Below are positions 9,216 to 16,822 of a DNA stretch of 64,000 bases, piece after piece. A program made the position numbers and the translations under genes. Below the pieces are notes generated by a model. The model was not told the DNA's origin and made no database searches. It saw only the letters and a program-made list of their open reading frames with translations. Every line of letters starts with the position of its first letter. The first letter of the stretch is position 1. This DNA is from a virus, in the IMG/VR virus record IMGVR_UViG_3300004369_000643, positions 1 to 64,000 of that record; one strand, written 5' to 3'.

Positions 9216-9262
9216 GCTAAGTTTCTGTTGCCACCTACTTAGCGAGGCCGGAACTTATCCGA
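9216..9262 (-). ncRNA. hairpin + pseudoknot motif, copy D
   Basis: CCU-loop-AGG UGGCAACAGAA; GCUAAGU pairs with ACUUAGC. Confidence 0.6.
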
Positions 9263-9265
9263 TAA

Positions 9266-9514
9266 TCACCAGTCCAACTGGAACTCGGCCATGATCTCAG
9301 CCCGAGTCATAGTCTCGTCGGTAGCGTAGTTGACTACTGCGTAGTCATCATCAGCCATATCACCGAAACAAGGCCACAAGTAGCCAGCCACCATACGGTG
9401 CCCGTTGCTACTCCACCGGTCGAACCACTGTGCGGCTGCTTCCATGATAGAATCGCACTCAATGTCGATTCCACCCGAATAGCAATAACCGCCATTCAGC
9501 GTGTAGGTAATCAT
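9266..9514 (-). CDS. hypothetical protein
   Basis: AGGAGGTGA SD, own promoter. Confidence 0.7.
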   Translation of the reverse strand: MITYTLNGGYCYSGGIDIECDSIMEAAAQWFDRWSSNGHRMVAGYLWPCFGDMADDDYAVVNYATDETMTRAEIMAEFQLDW

Positions 9515-9637
9515 CTCACCTCCTCTTCAGTTGTCAATGAACTTCTACTGTCAGGATATCAACGGGGTGTGACAATCAAAACCTGCGTACACTGCTGTAA
9601 CACGATTGTAACATTTAGGGGTTGACAAAAAGTTGAG

Positions 9638-9690
9638 CGCAGCCAACTCGCAGCCAACTCGCAGCCAACTCGCAGCCAACTCGCAGCCAA
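9638..9690. repeat. 11 bp tandem repeat CGCAGCCAACT x ~4.8
   Basis: direct reading. Confidence 0.9.
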
Positions 9691-9791
9691 GCGGCAGCAA
9701 CCTCAGACAGTCCAGCCCCCCAACCGGCAACGGCGGGACTCGCTGGGGCACAAAGAAAACCCCCACCCTCCGAAAAGAGTGGGGGAGTTCT

Positions 9792-10070
9792 TCACCAGCA
9801 GGCGTTTTCGATGTAAGCCCGCAAGTTGTAGGCTCCATCGTCACCGCCGAATGTTTCCTCGCACCATTCACCGAGTACGCTAGCAACCGCCCAGTACGCA
9901 AAAGGAATAGAAGCCTCGCCCTTTTCGTAATCCCAGACGTTGATAACTTCGCTAGGTTCGATACATTCAGGCATCGTTAGTTCGATGTACGCACCGCCGA
10001 AGTATTCGGCTCGCACGACATACGCTCCAACTCGCCATTCTGCGGTTATCACGTTTTCTATTGTTTCCAT
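9792..10070 (-). CDS. hypothetical protein
   Basis: AGGAGGTGA SD; terminator downstream. Confidence 0.7.
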   Translation of the reverse strand: METIENVITAEWRVGAYVVRAEYFGGAYIELTMPECIEPSEVINVWDYEKGEASIPFAYWAVASVLGEWCEETFGGDDGAYNLRAYIENACW

Positions 10071-10188
10071 TGTTCACCTCCTCAGGTGGTCTACCACCAC
10101 GATAGCACATCGGTGTACCAGATGTCAAACTTTAGATAATGTCACACCCATATGCTATAGTGAGGTTATCAGAAGAAATGGGGTGATT

Positions 10189-10323
10189 ATGACAACGTAC
10201 ACAGTTTGGGTTGGGGGTATCCCCGACGTTGAGCGAGTAACCTACGCCAAAGCCGTCGAAGTTTCTGACGGTTGGATTGCTGATGGATACGACGACGTGG
10301 TTATCGAAAAAGAAAGCGAGTAA
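10189..10323 (+). CDS. small hypothetical protein
   Basis: GGGGTGA SD; MTTYTVWVGG...; promoter at 10140-10161. Confidence 0.6.
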   Translation: MTTYTVWVGGIPDVERVTYAKAVEVSDGWIADGYDDVVIEKESE

Positions 10324-10355
10324 CCTACGCCAAAGCCGTCGAAGTTTCTGACGGT
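10232..10355 (+). repeat. 41 bp exact direct repeat (10232-10272 and 10315-10355)
   Basis: AGCGAGTAACCTACGCCAAAGCCGTCGAAGTTTCTGACGGT twice. Confidence 0.9.
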
Positions 10356-10594
10356 GAGTTACGGTGTAGAACCAACAACCACAACTTCAACAAGCACTAC
10401 CGTTTTGGCACGCTCTACGATACCGAAATGGCCACAACAACAACAGTAGAGCCTCATTATGAAGGCGGTCAGGGCTTTTTCGTGCCGTCGCACAGTCCCG
10501 ACATGGGGTTGGGGTCGGCTGGACTGTTTTGGGGTAGAAAGAAACCCCCAGCCCGAAAGAGGGGAGGGGGTGAGACTGAGGGTTTCTTAGATTT

Positions 10595-10780
10595 TTAGTA
10601 TTTCACTTCTACGTCGTAAGTGTTTTCCAGATACTTGACTACTTCGTCAAGTGTCATTGTGGGTAAAACTTCCTCGCTAACGTATGTGTTATTTACGCTG
10701 AGGGTTACTTCTGTAGGGTGTCCGTCGATAGTGTGTACGACGGCGTGCGTTACGTTATTATGTGTTTCTCTTCCTAGCAT
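10595..10780 (-). CDS. hypothetical protein
   Basis: AGGAGA SD before MLGRE. Confidence 0.6.
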   Translation of the reverse strand: MLGRETHNNVTHAVVHTIDGHPTEVTLSVNNTYVSEEVLPTMTLDEVVKYLENTYDVEVKY

Positions 10781-10923
10781 CTTATCTCCTGTTCTGCTAT
10801 CACTTCCTTTCGTGAAGTGTCTCGAAGGATACTTTCCTTCTTTGGTTGCTCCCAGTATACCAGAGTCGGTACATAAAAGCAACCCCTACCGGCGGATACC
10901 AGTAGGGGTTGTGGATAACTTGT

Positions 10924-11103
10924 TTATCGTCGGTCTAGTTGTTTGGCTACTTTGAGTGCCTGCTCCCTTGTGGGGAACGTGGCTCGTACTCCGTTACCGT
11001 TAGCCGTGTCGATTACTTGCCATCTGCTGCCTGTAGGCGAGAGGCGTATGTCGTATCGCTCTTTTTCCACCATACGTTTCCTTTCTGTATTGGTTGCTAT
11101 CAT
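10924..11103 (-). CDS. hypothetical protein
   Basis: ORF track; start uncertain. Confidence 0.5.
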   Translation of the reverse strand: MIATNTERKRMVEKERYDIRLSPTGSRWQVIDTANGNGVRATFPTREQALKVAKQLDRR

Positions 11104-11222
11104 CGTACCACGTCGATTATCTCTTGTCAAGTTATTCGATTGACTTGACAACGGCGAGTGTATCGGGTAAGATAGGTAACGAGATAGAGAAAGGCTCTAT
11201 CCATAAGGAAAGGTATCATCAC

Positions 11223-11453
11223 ATGATGAGAGGACAAGTAAAGTTTATCCAAGTTACCGGCAAGGTTGTCGAAGTTTGGTACGAGTCAATGACTGGCGAC
11301 AGTTCCGACTCTATCATTGACCGGCACGAATGGCACAGCCATCGTCGGGCGATGGAAGTTGCGGCTCATATTGCTGCTCCTCACGGTTGCGTTGTTCATA
11401 ACGCATGGGAAAATCGCCCTATCCTCACGCTGAATAACGACTCACTCGTGTGA
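11223..11453 (+). CDS. hypothetical protein
   Basis: AAGGAAAGG SD; terminator at ~11481-11510. Confidence 0.6.
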   Translation: MMRGQVKFIQVTGKVVEVWYESMTGDSSDSIIDRHEWHSHRRAMEVAAHIAAPHGCVVHNAWENRPILTLNNDSLV

Positions 11454-11619
11454 TGAAACCCCTCTCCGGTTCTCGGTAGCAAAACCCCCAGCCTTCGGGT
11501 TGGGGGTTTTGCTTTACCCCGAAACAGTCCAGCCCTACCCACTTCCCCCTCGGGGCTTGTTTGGGGTACGAAAAAGCCCCCACTCTCAGGACACTTTTTG
11601 AGAGTGGGGGCTTAGACTG

Positions 11620-11907
11620 TCAGCAATCGCAGTCGTAACCGACCGTGCCACAATCGGGACACTTGCTGATACAAGGAACGCACCAGCCCCAGTATTCGGG
11701 GTCAAGTACGTCGGAGAACCGGAACTCGTCGGCGGTAAATGACTCGCCACAGTCGTGGCAACCGAACTTGACGACTAGGTTATTCACCACGCCTGCTCGT
11801 TCGGCTTGCCTAACAGCCACCGCCCATACCGTACGGTAGATGGGGGAGAGACTGCTCCGGTAGGACACCCGATAGTCGGGTGCGTTGTCAATGTTACTGT
11901 AGAACAT
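11620..11907 (-). CDS. Cys-rich putative zinc-finger protein
   Basis: three CxxC pairs; SD present. Confidence 0.6.
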   Translation of the reverse strand: MFYSNIDNAPDYRVSYRSSLSPIYRTVWAVAVRQAERAGVVNNLVVKFGCHDCGESFTADEFRFSDVLDPEYWGWCVPCISKCPDCGTVGYDCDC

Positions 11908-12261
11908 TGTTCCTTCCTTCCTATGTTCGGTGGGGCTTAGCGGACTCTCACCGCTACCGGGCCTTCTGGCAAGCCCCACTTGCTTATGCCTTCATACTAC
12001 CAGCGGGGTGTGCCAATACCAACGTCGGAAACATTCTGTTCACATTCGTTCACATTCTGGAAACAATCGGAAAATGCGAAAGTTTCGCAAAAGTACGGCT
12101 GCGAGAAAAACCAGAACGGCTGCGAAAACCAGAGAAACAAGATAAAATGCGAAACATTTTACCTGTACCAACACCCCGAAACAGTCCAGCCGCAGCAGGC
12201 GGCAGTCGGGACTCATTGAGGTACAAAGAAACCCCCAGCCCGTCTGGACTGAGGGTTCTTC

Positions 12262-12384
12262 TCACTTCTTGTCCCGATACTTCTGCGCTCCTCGCTTGGG
12301 GAAGTGTCTCCCTGATGCAACAAACCGTGATGCTGTTGCGCTGATGGGGCGACGGATAGGCTCGTGACCTTGATTACCTGTCAT
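12262..12384 (-). CDS. small basic hypothetical protein
   Basis: GAAAGGA SD, terminator follows. Confidence 0.5.
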   Translation of the reverse strand: MTGNQGHEPIRRPISATASRFVASGRHFPKRGAQKYRDKK

Positions 12385-12506
12385 ATGTTTTCCTTTCTGT
12401 CTACCACCAGTATAACCCACCGCCTCCGGTTTCGCAACTTGCGTAGCCATACTGTAACCTTGTCTCAAGTATTTACACTGTCACACCCATCTGGTACACT
12501 ACAAGC

Positions 12507-12671
12507 ATGAAAGACAACGGACACAAATGGTACGCAGACGACACCGACGTTTACTGCAAACAATGCGGGTGCTACGCCGGTGGTCGATACGCCTCCGAAA
12601 CATGCGAAGCCGTGTTGTATTCTCACCACGCTAGTGCTATACTGGAAGCAGATAGAAAGGATAGGGTATGA
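12507..12671 (+). CDS. 54 aa leaderless Cys-containing protein
   Basis: ATG 6 nt after TACACT -10; overlaps next start (ATGA). Confidence 0.5.
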   Translation: MKDNGHKWYADDTDVYCKQCGCYAGGRYASETCEAVLYSHHASAILEADRKDRV

Positions 12672-12871
12672 AACAAACCACCCATCGTCCCCAACGGGTA
12701 ACCGAACTTCCTCTCGGCATTTCGGTTTCCTCCGTTCACTACGACTTAGAGTATGACGACATGAAGTCTCGGCTCAACGAGACATGCGTGTTCTTTCCCG
12801 ACGGGAACTCTCAAGTGCGTGGAACTTACGACGACCATGACAAGGTAGTCAACGAACTAATCCACGCTTGA
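12668..12871 (+). CDS. hypothetical protein
   Basis: ORF track; SD; terminator follows. Confidence 0.6.
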   Translation: MKQTTHRPQRVTELPLGISVSSVHYDLEYDDMKSRLNETCVFFPDGNSQVRGTYDDHDKVVNELIHA

Positions 12872-12902
12872 GTTGCTTGGATAGTGGCAAAGCCCTCGGC
12901 AC

Positions 12903-13475
12903 CTACGGGTGTCGGGGGTTTTTTGCTTCCCGCTGGACTGTTTCGGGGTGGATACGAACTTTGTTTCGCAGCATTGCATCGTGGAGATCAACGAATGTTT
13001 CAGATCCTAACACATTATTCACGATTGTCAAGTAGATCCTTGCGAACTCTTTGCCGTGTGCCGAGAAGTGTTGTCCGTTTTCGGCATCGCACCAACAGCA
13101 AATATGAGTTAGTTCGTGGATCAAAGTGAGATGGTTTCTGCTCCAAAGGGGTAAAGTGATGGTTGAGTAGCAACTTTCTGCGTGACGGCGACGATATCCG
13201 GGTCGAAGTTTGAGTCCCCGCCGCCGATCCCCGTGATAAAGGTAGATCAGCCGTTTGTTCGGGCGGTGTTCTTGGGGGTCAGACAGTCCAGCCGCTGCAG
13301 CGGAACCCGTCAAATACGCAGCGGTTCTAGGAAAGTTCGATAAAAACCACGAAGATTTGAGTATTTCTACCAGAAACTTCCAGCATTCGTGCAGCGAAAG
13401 ACGTTCATATTCGTCAATAAGTTCCCACTCCGCCCGGTAAAGCCGGGTTCGCTGATAGTCTCGCTCAAGTTTCAT
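12903..13475 (-). CDS. putative HEXXH metallohydrolase (TIGR04338 / Rv0185-like)
   Basis: RLYRAE N-terminus, ITLPLW, LIHELTH, AHGKEF motifs. Confidence 0.7.
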   Translation of the reverse strand: MKLERDYQRTRLYRAEWELIDEYERLSLHECWKFLVEILKSSWFLSNFPRTAAYLTGSAAAAGLSDPQEHRPNKRLIYLYHGDRRRGLKLRPGYRRRHAESCYSTITLPLWSRNHLTLIHELTHICCWCDAENGQHFSAHGKEFARIYLTIVNNVLGSETFVDLHDAMLRNKVRIHPETVQREAKNPRHP

Positions 13476-13735
13476 CCGAACCAGCGTCTGAATAAGTCAT
13501 ACTTCTTTGGAATCCATCGAAAAAGATGGCTTGTCAAGTAAAACCAGAACAGTATTAGTGATGGTCGTCCCATTTTTGATGAGGAAAACTTGTAAAAAGC
13601 GGTACTCATGGTAGAATGTTTCCCGCTTCTCAACGCTATCAGATCATAAGCAGCAATGTATGCGGCAAGTAGCAGCCACGCCCAACCACCAAAGTCTCTT
13701 GATTTACCGTTAGCACGTCCCGTCGATGGTATCAT
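13472..13735 (-). CDS. membrane protein
   Basis: two hydrophobic segments; leaderless. Confidence 0.6.
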   Translation of the reverse strand: MIPSTGRANGKSRDFGGWAWLLLAAYIAAYDLIALRSGKHSTMSTAFYKFSSSKMGRPSLILFWFYLTSHLFRWIPKKYDLFRRWFG

Positions 13736-13965
13736 AGTAGTATATTACCCCAAACATAGAACGGAGCCTTTCACCCCGTGAGATACAACAACAATACTTC
13801 ATCTGGTTATGTCCGACATCCGAAGAAAGCCTGCCAACATTCGCAGTATGTTGAGGAACGGAAGGAGTATTCGTGGCTTGCTCGCCTCGCTGAATGGGAG
13901 CGAAAGATACCAGATAGCGTGAAAAACCCACCCCGAAGGGTGGGCTAATCACGGGAGGTGAACTC

Positions 13966-14220
13966 TCAGGGGAGAGTGATGGTGTCACCGATGGTGAGGT
14001 TTGCTGTACCGTAGGTGTCCACGATGTCGCTGGTGGCTGAACCTGTATGTCCTGTACAGTACCTAGAGGCTATGCCCCATGCTGTGTCGCCGGGGTGAAC
14101 TCTCACAGTGATTGCTTCACACTCGTAGGCTGTTGCCTTGTCTAGTGCCACATCGGCTAGTCCTGCAAGGGTTAGTGTGCCGAGTGCGGTAGCGGTTATG
14201 GTTGCTATTACTTTCTTCAT
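13966..14220 (-). CDS. secreted LysM-domain protein
   Basis: signal peptide, VHPGDTAWGIA...LTIGDTITLP. Confidence 0.75.
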   Translation of the reverse strand: MKKVIATITATALGTLTLAGLADVALDKATAYECEAITVRVHPGDTAWGIASRYCTGHTGSATSDIVDTYGTANLTIGDTITLP

Positions 14221-14423
14221 GGTGCCAGTATACCCACATCGCATAGTGTTTGTCAAGTATTTTGCTTGATTTAGTGCAGGTGTCTGAATATCTCAGAGAT
14301 TATCAGGGTCGTCCTTGACCTCGATACTTCTTGCCGTAGTTCTTCGACTGCTTCTGGCGTGACGTTCCCGCCTTGGAGTGAACGCCTTTCCGCTTCACTT
14401 TCGATGTCGATGCTTTCTTCGTA

Positions 14424-14618
14424 TCAACCGCTCGTGCCATTCTTCTTTGCCTCTCGTTCTAGTCGGCGCTCTTCCGCCTGTTCGATTTCTGATTTTGTTG
14501 ACATTCTATGACCGTTTTGACACCAGACAGTAGCACCACCCAAAGTTCCAATAGTGTATTCACACTTCAGGCAGTAGTAGTTAGTTAGTCCATCTCTAGT
14601 TTTGTGTGTAAGTTGCAT
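14424..14618 (-). CDS. small zinc-ribbon protein
   Basis: CxxC...CxxxH; leaderless after TTGACA-17-TAGGAT. Confidence 0.55.
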   Translation of the reverse strand: MQLTHKTRDGLTNYYCLKCEYTIGTLGGATVWCQNGHRMSTKSEIEQAEERRLEREAKKNGTSG

Positions 14619-15026
14619 GAGAGTCATCCTATCGAATACGGCGGGACTTGTCAAGAGTGTCAGTAATCGGTATTCTACCACCAAATATGTACGAATAGTG
14701 AAAAGTATTAGTGTAACCTAGTTTTATGACTACGATGCAACGTTTACAAGCAGCAACTTTTGTTGCTTTTTGCTGCGAACCTGATATAGTGTGGCGAGAT
14801 ATTGCCGAACTACTGTGCTTGGGATATGAGCCGGTCGATTTCGATGTGTCCCAACTGGTCAGCGAGTCCCGCAGCGGGATACTCGCCTGACTTCTCGCAG
14901 CCGCTGCCGCAGCCAAACCGTGCTGCTCGCAGCCGAACTCGGTGAAAACTTCCAACTTTTTGATGTTTCTTCGCTGGGGTGTTGGTACAGGTTGCGAAAC
15001 CTGCCCCCTGCTGATATACTGGACTC

Positions 15027-15305
15027 ATGATGAAACACTATTACATAGGCATCCGCATGATGGCTGACCGTATCGGTCTTGACCCTTGGGATGTTCACCT
15101 GCCTACGTTGCGCACGTTCGTTCGTGACGCTGAGGGTGCACCCACTTCACGGTTCTGGTTCGGTTCCCCTTGCCGGTTTATCCGATCGGTGGACATCGCC
15201 GTTCACGTTTGGTTGCCCGATGCACTCATGGAGCGCCACCCTATGCTAGCGTGCTACCTGCGCACCACTAGCCCCCGATGGGGTAAGGCATGGAGGTCGT
15301 GGTAA
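15027..15305 (+). CDS. hypothetical protein
   Basis: leaderless ATG 6 nt after TATACT. Confidence 0.55.
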   Translation: MMKHYYIGIRMMADRIGLDPWDVHLPTLRTFVRDAEGAPTSRFWFGSPCRFIRSVDIAVHVWLPDALMERHPMLACYLRTTSPRWGKAWRSW

Positions 15306-15358
15306 GACGTTGCGTTTTGCCACGACACCTGCTATACTGGAAAGTGAAAGGAGATGCG

Positions 15359-15529
15359 ATGACCGCATACGACAACTGGAAAACTACGAACCCCGACTTG
15401 GAGTACGACGAGTGCCCCTCATGCGGGGAGGGCGTAGTCGAAGGTGACCGCTACGAGTGGTGGTGTTCAGAGTCCTGCGGGTATGGGGGAGACAACTTCC
15501 CTGAGCCTGACGACTACTACTACGAGTGA
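15359..15529 (+). CDS. small acidic zinc-ribbon protein
   Basis: AAAGGAG SD; CPSC...CSESC. Confidence 0.6.
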   Translation: MTAYDNWKTTNPDLEYDECPSCGEGVVEGDRYEWWCSESCGYGGDNFPEPDDYYYE

Positions 15530-15706
15530 GGAACAGCCCCCGATGCCTGATGGTGTCGGGGGTTTCTTCGTGCCCCAGTAAGCCCCGCCCGATGCGACGC
15601 ATTCGCCGCTTCGCCGCTCGCTCCGCCCCGTTTCGGGACTGGTTGATGGTGACTCGCCTGTGTGCGGACAGCAAAGAACCCCGCCCTTTCGGGTCGGGGT
15701 CGATGC

Positions 15707-15841
15707 TCACTCTGCGTTGATCAGAGCGAAGGGATCTGTGCGATTCGCCGTGTCAACGAAGACGATGGTCTCGCACTCGTAGCACTCGCCCTCATCGTTG
15801 AGGTAGTCTTCGAATGCTCCGCAGTTGATGCAGTTGCTCAT
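15707..15841 (-). CDS. 44 aa zinc-ribbon-like protein
   Basis: MSNCINCG...ECYEC; SD and terminator. Confidence 0.55.
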   Translation of the reverse strand: MSNCINCGAFEDYLNDEGECYECETIVFVDTANRTDPFALINAE

Positions 15842-15940
15842 CTGTTCTTTCCTTTCTTCTTGATACTGTCATAGTATCAGCGAGGTGTGTCGATCACAAC
15901 CTGTCTCGGTCGATGTAACACGACTGTAACAAAGTGGGTT

Positions 15941-15986
15941 GACCGGTTCTGTTGCCACGCTCCGGTCAGCGCCGACTCTCAGTCGG
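15941..15986 (-). ncRNA. hairpin + pseudoknot motif, copy E
   Basis: loop GACCGG pairs with CCGGUC. Confidence 0.6.
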
Positions 15987-16013
15987 GGGTGGTGAGGTGC
16001 TGTAGCCTCACGG

Positions 16014-16049
16014 CTACGGCGGCTCCACGATTATGATGATCATCATCAA
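16014..16049 (-). CDS. minigene MMMIIIIVEPP*
   Basis: perfect AGGAGGTGA SD, TTG start. Confidence 0.55.
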   Translation of the reverse strand: MMMIIIIVEPP

Positions 16050-16144
16050 GTGGAATCACCTCCTGTCCGGTTCTCTTTCATGACTTCATCTTACCGTTCC
16101 CCCCACGTTCGACAACCTGTGCCGACCGATTTTGTGTCTCTAGT

Positions 16145-16719
16145 AGAGATACCCCCTATCTCTGATAGATATGGGGCGGCTCACAGCAGGAAGGCACGGC
16201 ACTCGCCGTGCTACTCGCCTGTCGGCGGGCGAACCGACCGAGTGTAGATCGGCACCCCTCATGTCAAGTCGAAGCAATCGAACACATGTTCGATCAGAGC
16301 CGACCTCACCCGACCGAACACATGTTCGATCCGACCGAAACCCGACCGAACTAGTCGGGAATCAAACCCGACCAACCTAGTCAACAATCAAAAGCCGACC
16401 AACTAGGTCAACAATCAAACCCGACTGAACTAGTCGGGAATCGAAACCCGACCAAACCAGTCAACAATCAAAAGCCGACCAACTAGGTCAACAATAAAAG
16501 CCGACCAGAACAGTCGGGAATCAAAGCCGACCAGAACAGTCGGGAATCAAAGCCGACCAAACCGGTCGGGAATCAATCGAACACACGTTCGATCCGAACG
16601 AGAACGTGAACACAATCACAAAGCGAACACATGTTCGATCAACAACACCAACAATCGAACAAACGTTCGATCAACCAAAGCCGACCCCAATGTTACAGTT
16701 TGATGACAAACTTGACAAA
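16145..16719. promoter_or_regulatory. operator array 2: CsoR-like site, 5 LexA boxes, 9 tandem IscR/Rrf2-type boxes, PhoB/OmpR-like direct repeats
   Basis: CGAAC-N4-GTTCG at 16279, 16315, 16578, 16624, 16656; CCGAC-N7-GTC(GG/AA) x9 at 16338-16573. Confidence 0.75.
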
Positions 16720-16822
16720 GGCAAAGCGATGTGCTGCAGGGCCTCGGGACTTTTCGAGGGTGACTTCATAGCGGGGGCGTTGGTGTGACATATTTTTAGG
16801 TGTGGTTGTGGTTTGTGTTATC

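Noticed and set aside
11754-11768. Sixth pseudoknot copy (CGTGGCAACCGAACT on + strand)
   Set aside because: Antisense inside a CDS (KFGCHD codons) and lacks the loop-complementary segment.
6840-12950. Integron attC cassettes
   Set aside because: No RYYYAAC/GTTRRRY cores and no integrase in the window; genes have their own promoters.
16338-16573. CRISPR array
   Set aside because: Units are contiguous 26-27 bp palindromes with no unique spacers and no cas operon; the Cas4-like gene sits in a recombination module.
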